A DNA stretch of 64,000 nucleotides from an uncultured delta proteobacterium (GTDB lineage: Bacteria > Desulfobacterota > WTBG01 > JAGOGO01): positions 439 to 64,438 of the forward strand of contig CAVSIB010000055.1 of assembly GCA_963727835.1 (NCBI GenBank), given 5' to 3'. Position numbers and translations under genes: made by a program. The stretch's first letter is position 1, and each line of letters opens with the position of its first letter. Of the stretch, positions 1 through 9,692 are shown piece after piece. Below the pieces are notes generated by a model that saw only the letters and a program-made list of their open reading frames with translations, made no database searches and was not told where the DNA came from.

Positions 1-296
1 ATGATCGGGTATCCTACTAACTGGCCCGGCCCATGAAAGGTAATATCTCCTCCCCGGTCGGTAACAAAAAGTTCTATCCCTTCTCCTTTAAGCACGTCAC
101 GCTCGACTAAAATGTTATCTTCTTTTCCTCTCCTTCCGAGGGTAATCGTGGGTGGGTGCTGCACCAGGATAAGGGTATCCCCTACCCTTTCTTCCAGCCT
201 GGCCTTTTTTAGTCCATTCTGCAAATACCAGGCATCCTCATAACCTAAAATCCCCGCGTTTATAACCCACAAGAATTGCTTTGAGCTTTTTCCCAT
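1..296 (-). CDS. lipB: Lipoyl(octanoyl) transferase, N-terminal part (runs off the window edge)
   Basis: Not in the ORF track. Manual translation from the ATG at 296 gives MGKSSKQFLWVINAGILGYEDAW...LVQHPPTITLGRRGKEDNI...TDRGGDITFHGPGQLVGYPI, carrying the LipB HPP and RGG.xTxHGPGQLVGYPI motifs. Lies directly downstream of lipA. Confidence 0.93.
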   Translation of the reverse strand, partial: MGKSSKQFLWVINAGILGYEDAWYLQNGLKKARLEERVGDTLILVQHPPTITLGRRGKEDNILVERDVLKGEGIELFVTDRGGDITFHGPGQLVGYPI

Positions 297-1195
297 TGGT
301 CGTGGGCGTGGAAAGAGCTCCGCACTAATGGCCCAGCTTCGATCCATTTAAAGCCCCTTTCTTTTCCTTCTCGAGTAAATTCCTCAAATTCCTGAGGATG
401 ATAATACCGTTTTATTGGAAAGCACTGTTTCGTGGGCGAAAGATACTGTCCGATAGTTAAAATGTCGCATCCCACTGCTCTCAGATCATCCATAGTCCTC
501 AAAATTTCTTCTTTTTCTTCACCCAAACCTACCATCAAACCTGATTTTGTTGTTATTAAGGAAGAGTCTTTGGCCATTTTGATGATCATCAGTGACTGAC
601 GATAGTTGGCCGTACTTCTTACCTGAGGATAAAGCCGGGGCACGGTTTCCACATTATGCCCCACAACATGGGGAGATGCACCAGATATAATGGCTAATGC
701 TTTTTTTGACCCCTTTAAATCAGGTATTAAAACTTCTACAATAGTATCCGGATTAATTTTTCTGATCTCATCAATTGTCCGCGCAAAATAACGTGCTCCT
801 CCATCAGGAAGATCGTCACGGGTAACGGACGTAACAACCACATGATACAGTCCAAGCTCCTTGACTGCCTGAGCAACTCGTTCTGGTTCCTGTGGATCAA
901 GAGGGCGGGGTGTTCCCTTTTTTACTCCACAAAATGCGCAGTTTCTGGTACAGATATCTCCGAGGATAAGAAAGGTAGCTGTTCGTTGGTTGTAACACTC
1001 ACTGATATTAGGACAGGCAGCCTGCCTGCAGACCGTATTAAGCGACCATTTTTTGAAAACATTGTCCACCCTGGCAAAGACATCCCCACAATGAATCCTT
1101 GTCTTCAGCCAAGGAGGACGCGATTGATTCGCTGATTGTGAAGGGTGAACACAAAATGATTTCATGTCATCGTTAGGTTTATGTGCCAATTCCAA
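260..1195 (-). CDS. lipA: Lipoyl synthase (radical SAM)
   Basis: CX4CX5C (CRQAACPNISEC), CX3CX2C (CTRNCAFC) and C-terminal RSSF motifs. The true start may be a downstream Met. Confidence 0.96.
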   Translation of the reverse strand: MELAHKPNDDMKSFCVHPSQSANQSRPPWLKTRIHCGDVFARVDNVFKKWSLNTVCRQAACPNISECYNQRTATFLILGDICTRNCAFCGVKKGTPRPLDPQEPERVAQAVKELGLYHVVVTSVTRDDLPDGGARYFARTIDEIRKINPDTIVEVLIPDLKGSKKALAIISGASPHVVGHNVETVPRLYPQVRSTANYRQSLMIIKMAKDSSLITTKSGLMVGLGEEKEEILRTMDDLRAVGCDILTIGQYLSPTKQCFPIKRYYHPQEFEEFTREGKERGFKWIEAGPLVRSSFHAHDQWEKAQSNSCGL

Positions 1196-2489
1196 CCGGG
1201 TTTTCTAAAAATTCTTTTAATCGTTGAAGAAATTTTGCGACCATCACGCCATCGAGAGCACGGTGGTCGGCTGACAGGGTGACTTTCATAATCTTGGCGG
1301 GCTGGATAATACCCTCTTTGATTATTGGTTTATTTTTAACAGCGGATACCGCGAGAATAGCGACCTGTGGAGGATTGATTATCGCTGAAAACTCCTCGAC
1401 TCCGAACATTCCCATATTCGAAATGGAAAAAGTTCCTCCGCTGAGGTCGTCCGGAGTAGATTCTCGTTTTAAAACTCGGTCACGCAATTCTTTTGCCTTG
1501 ACCGAGATTTCTTTTATCGTAAGCGTATCAGCATTCTTAATCACCGGAACGATAAGACCTTCCTGCAAAGCCACCACAAAACCAATATTGATCTCGTTTT
1601 TTACCAATAATCCTTTATCACTAAAATGAGCATTAATCTCCGAGAAATCTTTGAGAGCCAGGGCGGACGCCTTGATCACCAAATCATTATAGGTGATTTT
1701 CACGTCTCCTTTTCCGGTTTGGTTCAGGGAGTCTAAGAGATTTACTGCCTCACTCATATCAATTTCCTGGGTGACATAAAAGTGCGGAATAGTCTGTTTA
1801 CTCAGCAACATTCTACGAGCAATCGTTGCTCGCATCTTCGAGAGTTCGATCACCTTTTCTCCTGAAATTTCTTCTGGGACTTGTCCCGGTAAAATAGAAA
1901 TGATGCCTTTCTTTTTGCCACTTCTTTCATTTAAAAATCTTTCGATGTCTCCCTGCACGATTCTTCCTCCAGGCCCCGTTCCTTTAATTACAGGGGTGGT
2001 GATCCCTTTTTCTTCAAGTAAGCGTCGTGCCCGTGGCGAAATTTTTGATTTATCACCCTTTTTAGAAAGTAAAGGAATTTCCTTTTTCCCTTGTTCCTTT
2101 TCTTCTTCCCCTTCCTCCTCATCTTCCAAGGGAAGCGTGCAGCACGGTTCACTCGCACCGGTTTCGATCTTTTGTTCTGGGGATGGTGGAGATTCCGCAA
2201 CTTTCTTTTTCGGAAGGGTTGCGACGACTTTCTTCGGGACTTCTGCGGTCTCTTCTCCTCCTAATAAAGCAATCACCGTACCAACCGGAACAGTGTCGCC
2301 TTCTTTATAAAGGATTTTGTTCAAAATGCCGGAGGAAAAAACTTCCAAATCCATGTCTGCCTTATCGGTTTCCACTTCAGCAATGATATCACCTTTATTG
2401 ACAAAGTCGCCCTCCTTTTTAAGCCAACGAAGGATTCTCCCTTCTTCCATGGTGTCGCTTAATTTTGGCATTACAATTTCTATTGCCAT
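1179..2489 (-). CDS. pdhC: 2-oxoacid (pyruvate) dehydrogenase E2, dihydrolipoamide acyltransferase, one lipoyl domain
   Basis: Lipoyl motif VETDKADM, E3/E1-binding domain SPRARRL...GTGPGGRI, catalytic DHRALDG. Confidence 0.94.
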   Translation of the reverse strand: MAIEIVMPKLSDTMEEGRILRWLKKEGDFVNKGDIIAEVETDKADMDLEVFSSGILNKILYKEGDTVPVGTVIALLGGEETAEVPKKVVATLPKKKVAESPPSPEQKIETGASEPCCTLPLEDEEEGEEEKEQGKKEIPLLSKKGDKSKISPRARRLLEEKGITTPVIKGTGPGGRIVQGDIERFLNERSGKKKGIISILPGQVPEEISGEKVIELSKMRATIARRMLLSKQTIPHFYVTQEIDMSEAVNLLDSLNQTGKGDVKITYNDLVIKASALALKDFSEINAHFSDKGLLVKNEINIGFVVALQEGLIVPVIKNADTLTIKEISVKAKELRDRVLKRESTPDDLSGGTFSISNMGMFGVEEFSAIINPPQVAILAVSAVKNKPIIKEGIIQPAKIMKVTLSADHRALDGVMVAKFLQRLKEFLENPVGIGT

Positions 2490-2525
2490 AGAAAACCTCC
2501 TTAGTCTTTAACTCCAAAACCAACC

Positions 2526-3500
2526 TTATCTCAGTATATCCTTGGCTACAGTTATAATATCATCTAACTGAGGTATCGCTAACTTTTCCAAATTTTTCGC
2601 ATACGGCATTGGAACGTCCTTCCCCGATACCCTCCTTACGGGAGCATCCAGATAATCAAAAGCATTTTCCATAATAAGGCTGACGATCTCCCCTCCTACT
2701 CCTCCAGTTTTCCAACCTTCTTCCACCACGACCGCTCGTCCGGTCTTTTTGATCGAAGCAATAATCGTCTTGACGTCTAAAGGATTAAGGCTCCGTAAGT
2801 CAATTACTTCCGCTTCGATCTTTTCTTTTGTAAGTTCTTGTGCAGCCTTAAAACCCAGAACTGCCATCCGTGAAAAAGAAACGATAGTAATATCTTTTCC
2901 CTCTCTAATGATCTTTGCCTTTCCGATGGGTGTGTTATATTTCCCTTCGGGAACCTCACCTTTCGTTCCATAGAGCGCTTCATGTTCTAAAAACATCACC
3001 GGATCATCATCCCGAATCGCCTCTTTTAAAAGCCCTTTGGCTTCCGCAGGAAAAGCAGGACACACTACCTTCAACCCTGGGCAGTGGAGAAAATATGCTT
3101 CGAGTGATTGAGAGTGCTGGGCAGCTAATTGCTGTCCACCACCTCCGGGTGCTCTAATCACCATGGGAACTTTCGCTTTTCCTCCAAACATATACCGGAT
3201 TTTGGAAGCATGGTTGACAATCTGATCCATTGCCAAAAGCGCAAAATTAACCGTCATCAGTTCAACCACCGGCCTGAGACCCGCCATCGCCGCGCCCACT
3301 CCCATGCCGACGATAGAGCCTTCGGCAATCGGGGTATCAATAACCCGTTCACTGCCAAACTCAGCTAAAAGCCCGTCAGTTACCTTAAATGATCCGCCGT
3401 AAAGCCCAACATCCTCTCCCAAAAGAAACACGGTGGAGTCCCGTTCCATCTCTTCTCGTAAGGCTTGATTGAGCGCTTCCCGATACGTAATTTCCGGCAT
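2526..3500 (-). CDS. pdhB: Pyruvate dehydrogenase E1 beta subunit
   Basis: MPEITYREAL start after a GGAGG RBS; GEDVG, DTPIAE and AAQHSQ motifs. Confidence 0.95.
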   Translation of the reverse strand: MPEITYREALNQALREEMERDSTVFLLGEDVGLYGGSFKVTDGLLAEFGSERVIDTPIAEGSIVGMGVGAAMAGLRPVVELMTVNFALLAMDQIVNHASKIRYMFGGKAKVPMVIRAPGGGGQQLAAQHSQSLEAYFLHCPGLKVVCPAFPAEAKGLLKEAIRDDDPVMFLEHEALYGTKGEVPEGKYNTPIGKAKIIREGKDITIVSFSRMAVLGFKAAQELTKEKIEAEVIDLRSLNPLDVKTIIASIKKTGRAVVVEEGWKTGGVGGEIVSLIMENAFDYLDAPVRRVSGKDVPMPYAKNLEKLAIPQLDDIITVAKDILR

Positions 3501-3501
3501 A

Positions 3502-3924
3502 TCAACCTCCGACTTTATCAATGACCCGGTTTTCGCTTGTCAAAGTTCGATGAACCGGGCATCGTTTGGCGATTTCTAATAATATCTCTTTCTGTTCAAA
3601 ACTTATAGGCCCCTGGAGATAAATGGTGCGGGTAATTTGATCAAGCTTCCCTTCTTTAGTCATACATTCACTGCAATCCTGAGCGTAAATCTTTTCGTGC
3701 GTTAAACGTATCTGCACACCCTCCAAAGGAATTTCCTTACGCTTGGCATAGCTGATAATGGTCATCGCCGTGCATCCCCCCAAAGAAGCTAACAGGAGAT
3801 CATACGGATTAGGGCCTTTCCCATCACCGCCAAATTCCTGGGGCTCATCAATGATTAAGCGTTGTTCACCCATAATAGCTTCTTGCTGCAGATTTTTTAA
3901 ATATTTAACTAAAACTTCTCTCAT
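3502..3924 (-). CDS. OsmC/Ohr superfamily (YhfA-like) protein
   Basis: DEP...GG.G.GPNPYDLLLASLGGCTAMT and AKRCPVHRTL two-Cys motifs. Its start overlaps the pdhA stop (ATGA). Confidence 0.88.
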   Translation of the reverse strand: MREVLVKYLKNLQQEAIMGEQRLIIDEPQEFGGDGKGPNPYDLLLASLGGCTAMTIISYAKRKEIPLEGVQIRLTHEKIYAQDCSECMTKEGKLDQITRTIYLQGPISFEQKEILLEIAKRCPVHRTLTSENRVIDKVGG

Positions 3925-4916
3925 CGTTCTTCTCCTTCTTTTTCTGAATAAATGTCTTTCATAAGTTCAATGGCCTCAGGCCAGGGACTGTTGTCAGCAA
4001 ACCTGACTGCTTCTTCCACCTCTCTTTCCAGTTCCTCTTTTATCGATCGAAGACCATCAGCATCACTGATCCCCTCCGCAATTAATTTCCGGGCAAAGTT
4101 CGGAATCGGATCACGATCTTTCCAAATTTTTTCTTCCCGGGGTATCCGGTAATCAGCCGGATCCGACATGGAATGCCCCCGAAAACGGTAAGTCAAGGCT
4201 TCAACAAAATAAGGGCCCTTTCCTTCCCGCGCATACTTAGCCGCTTTTTTTATGGCCTCCCGCACTGCCATGACATCCATCCCATTCACCTTTTCGGTTG
4301 GTATCCCATGCGCCTCAGCTTTTTTAACAATATCGGTTGTGGCGGATGCCCAAGAAACCGCGGTACTGATTCCAAAAAAATTATTCTCACAAATAAAAAT
4401 GATCGGAAGTGACCATATCTTTGACATATTCAATGATTCATAAAAAGCGCCCGCATTAGTCGCCCCATCGCCAAAAAAACTAGCTACCACTTTGTCCTCT
4501 TTCCGGTATTTAATTGCATAGCCAACACCTAAGGTAATCGGCACCCCCCCCGCAACAATGGCATACCCCCCAAAAAAGTTTGTCGTTGGATCAAAAAGAT
4601 GCATTGACCCGCCTTTTCCTTTGCATGTTCCCGTGGCCCGACCGAAAAGTTCGGCCATAACCTCCTTTGGACTGGTACCCTTAATCAAACAATGTCCATG
4701 GTCACGATAAGAACTTATTACATAGTCATCAGGATGAAGAGCACTTATCGCTCCAACGGCAACAGCCTCTTCACCGATATAGAGATGACAAAACCCGGTA
4801 ATTTTTCCCCGGGTGTACATCTCGGCAGTCCGTTCTTCAAACTCACGAATAAGGACCATATCATGGTACATTTTGAGAAGTTCGCTTTCAGGCATTTGTG
4901 ATTTTAATTTGGGCAT
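3921..4916 (-). CDS. pdhA: Pyruvate dehydrogenase E1 alpha subunit
   Basis: TPP motif GDGATN...N and YRFRGHSMSDP. ATG at 4916 follows an AGGAGA RBS. Confidence 0.95.
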   Translation of the reverse strand: MPKLKSQMPESELLKMYHDMVLIREFEERTAEMYTRGKITGFCHLYIGEEAVAVGAISALHPDDYVISSYRDHGHCLIKGTSPKEVMAELFGRATGTCKGKGGSMHLFDPTTNFFGGYAIVAGGVPITLGVGYAIKYRKEDKVVASFFGDGATNAGAFYESLNMSKIWSLPIIFICENNFFGISTAVSWASATTDIVKKAEAHGIPTEKVNGMDVMAVREAIKKAAKYAREGKGPYFVEALTYRFRGHSMSDPADYRIPREEKIWKDRDPIPNFARKLIAEGISDADGLRSIKEELEREVEEAVRFADNSPWPEAIELMKDIYSEKEGEER

Positions 4917-4986
4917 GCATATTCTCCTGGTCACAAGAAATCAAATAATTTTTGATTAAGATGCTAACCTCCAATAATTATTTAAA

Positions 4987-5015
4987 AATTTACTATAAAA
5001 TTTTCTCTCTGTCAA
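4987..5015 (-). promoter_or_regulatory. Putative sigma70 promoter of the pdh operon
   Basis: Minus-strand TTGACA-N17-TAAATT about 70 bp upstream of the pdhA ATG. Confidence 0.5.
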
Positions 5016-5182
5016 GAAGGGAAAAAACTCTGTGGCCGGATTGTCATATTGACTTTCAGCTCGTTTTTAATATTATTTATTTGAGAATCAAATAGTTTAA
5101 AAAAATTAAAAAGATGCGAAGTGTGTTGCTTATACCGCGCGTAAAAAAAACTAGCGTGCGCGAATAAAGGAAATATGGTTTC

Positions 5183-5377
5183 ATGAAAGAAAAAATGGAA
5201 AAATTCACCATTGAGGTTAAAGACTCAGGGGTTATGATCCACAGTGGGGAGGGACAATCCTTATTTTTTACCCCGATTGAAGCTTTGATGCTGCTCGATA
5301 TTCTCAAAGCCGAAGAAGTGAAACTAAAAAAACTGGTTGAAGAAAGATCAGCGGTACCTTTTAAAATCAAGCTTTGA
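5183..5377 (+). CDS. Small hypothetical protein (64 aa)
   Basis: Intergenic ORF with an AAGGA RBS-like element upstream and protein-like composition; no recognised family. Confidence 0.55.
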   Translation: MKEKMEKFTIEVKDSGVMIHSGEGQSLFFTPIEALMLLDILKAEEVKLKKLVEERSAVPFKIKL

Positions 5378-5464
5378 TTTTTTGTCCGAAAACGAAAGGC
5401 AATAAGCCGGGAAGAAATATCCCAACCATTTATCGCTAGTTCTAACCTGAAGGTTTTCCATCTC

Positions 5465-6328
5465 ATGATAACAGTCATACTAAAAGAAAGATTCGGGAAT
5501 ATTCTTTTCCAATACGCGGTTGGAAGGCATTTGGCAATTAAAAACAATACCACTCTCCGCCTGAACGTGATCCATTACATGAAAAAACACGATCCCTTCG
5601 CGAAAAAAATTATCCGGCCACTTCAGGATTTCGGATTTACTGAAATACTCTATCGACCTCCAATCTATAAAAGAATCTTGTGGGGATATGGTCTCTATTT
5701 GCCTGCTGCTGATCAAAGATTTTATCACGAAAAAGGGTGGGGATTTGACCCGAAGGTATTAAAAATCAAAGATGGAGTTTATTTAGACGGTTTTTTCCAA
5801 AGCGAGAAATATTTCAAAAACATTGAATCAACCATAAAAAAAGATCTTCGTTTAATAGAACCTTCTTTCAACCACGAAGCACTTATCTACAAGGAAAAGA
5901 TTATAAACTCGAATTCCGTGGGTATTCATATTCGCAGAGGGGATTATCTCCACTCACAGGTCCACAATATCTGCGATCTAAATTACTATGCTAAAGCAAT
6001 TCAATACATCCAGGAACGATTAGCTAACCCCCGATTTTTTGTTTTTTCCGATGATATCGCATGGTGCCTTAAAAACATGAAGCTTGATAACGGTGATTTT
6101 ATAAGCCTGCCGGATTCAAAAGGGCATTTTATCAGCGATTTCTGGCTTCTGAGTTTGTGTAAACATACCATTATTCCCAATAGCACATTTTCCTGGTGGG
6201 CGGCTTGGCTCAATGCAAACCCTGACAAAATCGTGGTGGTTCCTCACCGCTGGTTTAATGATAAAGCTTTCAATATTCGTGCGATCGAAGACACGATTCC
6301 CCCAGAATGGATACGCCTCGCATGGTAA
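5465..6328 (+). CDS. Alpha-1,2-fucosyltransferase (GT11)
   Basis: GNxxFQYA, HIRRGDY and NSTFSWWAAWL motifs. Confidence 0.9.
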   Translation: MITVILKERFGNILFQYAVGRHLAIKNNTTLRLNVIHYMKKHDPFAKKIIRPLQDFGFTEILYRPPIYKRILWGYGLYLPAADQRFYHEKGWGFDPKVLKIKDGVYLDGFFQSEKYFKNIESTIKKDLRLIEPSFNHEALIYKEKIINSNSVGIHIRRGDYLHSQVHNICDLNYYAKAIQYIQERLANPRFFVFSDDIAWCLKNMKLDNGDFISLPDSKGHFISDFWLLSLCKHTIIPNSTFSWWAAWLNANPDKIVVVPHRWFNDKAFNIRAIEDTIPPEWIRLAW

Positions 6329-6413
6329 AATTATATGGTACTTGAAGCAGATAATCATATCAGGCACGTGGTCGCCTCCCCTGTCAACACAAGCCACCAT
6401 TCATAAGAACCTT

Positions 6414-7097
6414 TTATCCTTTGGAATATTCTTTCAGGTATTTTTTGATATACGCTTCCACTTTTTCAGGTGTTTGAAAAATTCCGAAGTGTCCTTCACA
6501 AAGGATATCGGCCTTGAGAGAGAGAAGTTTATTCATCGAGGTTTTCCATTGACCAACGTCAGATCCAAAGCTTTTCATGAATGGACCATGAATGTCCTGG
6601 CCAAAAAGTATTCTCTTGCCTGCTCGATCTAGGTAAGGAGCAATTGAACCGGGAGTATGTCCGGGAATGTGAAGGCAGTGAATTTCTTGTTTCCCAACCG
6701 TGAGTGTTACCTGATCACTTGTAAGAATAACATCTACTGCAGTAGGAGAGAAGCTTGTGCCGTAAAAAGAAGCAGCGGTCAAAGCGGGATCACCGGTTGC
6801 AATCGCCTCCGTATCACGCTCATGAGCCACCAGCTTACAATGAAAATGTTTCTTAAAGTACGGGGCCCCACCGATATGGTCAATATGACAATGCGTCAAA
6901 ATAAGGGTGGAAATTTTTTGGGGATCAAGCCCCAGTTCACGGATGTTTTTTTCCAGAATTTCAACCGACCGGCCAGCCCCTGAATCAATCATGACCAGTT
7001 CGTCGCCACAATCCACAACAAAAGTAGTAGCATCTTCAGACCGGGAAATATTCGGCCCGCCGATAAGGTAAAGTACCGTCAAAAATTATTCTTTCAT
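6414..7097 (-). CDS. MBL-fold metallo-hydrolase
   Basis: THCHIDHIGG, HIPGHTPGS, GQD and EGH motifs. The ATG at 7097 is followed by an in-frame TAA that would disappear with two compensating homopolymer indels; the ORF track starts at TTG 7082. Confidence 0.85.
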
Positions 7098-7147
7098 CAC
7101 CCATGCAGTTCTCCTGGTTTTTATTTTTAATTTATTTTCCAAAAAGC

Positions 7148-7867
7148 CTAACCCTTTCCCCCACGCAAATACTGCTGCCTCAACTTCTCTGGAAATTTCT
7201 CGATAGCATAGCGAAGCATAGTCCGTGGCATGGTTTTGTAGTGCACATGCAGAAATTCTTCTTCAGTAAGGCGATCACGTTTACCGATTTCACGAAGCAT
7301 CCAGCCAACAGCTTTATGGATGAGGTCCTCTGTATCGCTGAGCAACAGTTCTGCGATACGCAATGTCTCAGCAAGTTCTCCGCACTTTATGTAAAGGAAT
7401 GTTGCCACAATGGAGATACGCCGGTCCCAAAGCAGGTTAGATACCGCTAACGTATAGAGAGGAGATCTGCTGCGATATCTCAAATGAGAACCTACAATAT
7501 ATTCAGCCGAGGCGTCTACGAGGTCCCAGTTATTGATAAACCGGGTATTCTGAAGGTAGATATTAAAAATCTGCTCTTGAAGAGAATCATCTCCTTGTGT
7601 GTAGGCACGAACCAAAATGAAGAGCGCCAGCAGTCGTGCTTCATGGAGGGAGGATTGAAGCAACTGGCTTACCTCTTCAAAGGAGAGCGTCTGGTATTCT
7701 TTGGTCAATTTTCTTATCTCTGGAACACGGAGACCAACAAATAAATCACCTTCCCCATATTCCCCCTGGGCTGTCTTGAAGTATCTTTGCAGTGCCAGTG
7801 CTCTTTCTCTATCGCCAAGCATCTGCAATCTGTTGCATATATCTTGAGCGCTTAAACGGGTAATCAT
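7148..7867 (-). CDS. DNA alkylation repair protein (AlkD-like HEAT-repeat glycosylase)
   Basis: YFKT..GEYGEGD.F.G.RVP, NNWDLVD and HKAVGWMLRE.GKRD motifs. Confidence 0.88.
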   Translation of the reverse strand: MITRLSAQDICNRLQMLGDRERALALQRYFKTAQGEYGEGDLFVGLRVPEIRKLTKEYQTLSFEEVSQLLQSSLHEARLLALFILVRAYTQGDDSLQEQIFNIYLQNTRFINNWDLVDASAEYIVGSHLRYRSRSPLYTLAVSNLLWDRRISIVATFLYIKCGELAETLRIAELLLSDTEDLIHKAVGWMLREIGKRDRLTEEEFLHVHYKTMPRTMLRYAIEKFPEKLRQQYLRGGKG

Positions 7868-7958
7868 CCGCGAATCATCTGCGTCTTTAGCGTCATAGCA
7901 TTGTCAAAAGGAATCTTATAATTTTATGAGTGCTATAAGAAAGTTTGTATCTTGAAAA

Positions 7959-9480
7959 GGTTACCTCGACCATATATGTTCATAGGTATTTCCGAATAAC
8001 CAAGAACCTACAGGAGGAGGTAACCAACTATGAGTAAACCAAAAAAACAGATGATTGTCAATACGGAGAGCCTTATTATTGGAATGGATATTGGCAAATA
8101 TCACCATATGGTTGTAGCACTGAGGCCTGACGGTATTTTCAGAAAGCCTGTTAAAATAACCAATGATCTCAAAGGGTACCGGGAACTTTTGGGACTTATC
8201 GCCGCGTGGAATAATGAATGTAAAACTGAAAAGGTGATGGTGGGAATGGAATCCACAGGACACTACTGGGAAATACCGGCACGCTGGCTTATAGGACAAG
8301 GGATAACGGTTGTGCAGGTAAATAAACGCTGCGCATACGAAACGGGCCAAGGAGCTGGAGGACAATACTCCGGGGAAAACGGAGCAAAAGAATCCACGGA
8401 TCATTGCCGGACTTATACGTTATGGAAAATATTCTTCCTGCATGCTGCCTGAAGGAGTAAATGCAGAGCTCAGGGAACTGACAAAGATAAGGCAGTATCT
8501 TATCGGTGAGCTTACAGAGAAGCAAAATTATCTTCGGAGGCTTTTGGATACCGTCTTTCCCGAGATATTTATTCTATTCAAAAAGTCAGACAGCAAGACA
8601 CTGCTGCATCTTCACACCGAATACCCTTTACCGGATGATGTAATGAGCGCTGGGGCCCAGAAGATAAAAACCACGTTGCAGCAAAAATACAAAACCTTGT
8701 GACCAAGCGATTTGATACCCTCTGGTGTCTTACCAGGGATACGGTGGGAGTCAGTGTTGGCCACCTCACCTATCGCGTGGCCATACGCACTACAGTAGAA
8801 AGAATACTCGGTCTGAAGGATAGCCTAACCAAAATAGAAGGAGACCACCTGGCAAGCTTTGCTCTCCCGCATACTGGGCACCTTATATTCTAAGTTTGAA
8901 AGGGCTGGGAATTGTCAGTGCAGCCATTATCATCGGAGAAACGGGAGGATTGTCCCGCTATAAACATGCAGAAGAACATTTAAAACTTGCTGGGCTCAAT
9001 CTCTATGAGATCAGTTCCGGAACACACAATGGAAAGGTTCGGATCTCTAAAGGGAAGCGTCCTCTTTTGCGGCAGGGGTTGTTCCTTTTGGCTACCGTAA
9101 TGGTGAAAAAAGGGATGCCTTTCCACGAGGAATATGGCCGCCTTCGCAATCGAGGCATGGAAACGATCAAGGCCCTAACGGCAATCTCCCGTAAGATATG
9201 CGGGCTTGTGGTTCCTCTTGCCAGAGATAAACGATTTTTTAGTCAGGAGGCTCCCCACCATATGCAGAAACAAAAGGCAGCCAAAAGCAAAGTTGATCTG
9301 TGGGGAAGTCACCAGGACACCCATGAGCATCCAGGATCAGGATGGAGGGCTTCGTTTTAAGAGCAGTGACACTTAATGACCCCAATGAAGCACTGTAGAG
9401 AGGGATTAAAAAACAATGGCCTCGAAAGCACACCTGGGGTGGGTATTAAGCTAACAACACGTGGGAGATAACCCGCAGAT
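7959..9480 (+). mobile_element. IS110-family element with a frameshifted transposase (about 8030-9290) and non-coding ends; boundaries approximate
   Basis: N-terminal IGMDIGKYHH and GMESTGHYW (DEDD RuvC-like) fragment; C-terminal GLGIVSAAIIIGETG...AGLNLYEISSG...RISK.G...LRQ fragment. Pieces lie in several frames (8030-8452, 8442-8702, 8699-8893, 8896-9360). Confidence 0.88.
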
Positions 9481-9692
9481 CATATTTACCCAATAAGAAA
9501 AACAAAATATTTATTTTTATCAATGTTTAAAAGCCCCCCATCAAAGAGGCCCTTGCCCTGAATCGGGATTATTTTTATGTGGGTTTGTTATTTTTTATCC
9601 TTTTTAATCTTAACCAGGCAAAAAATCAACAAAATAAAAGTTCGGGGTTGTTTATTGAGCAGACAGCGAGGACACGGAATGCTTCCCTAAAA

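Noticed and set aside
1-300. Claim that the organism lacks PDH E3
   Set aside because: The operon runs off the window edge within lipB, so lpdA may lie just downstream.
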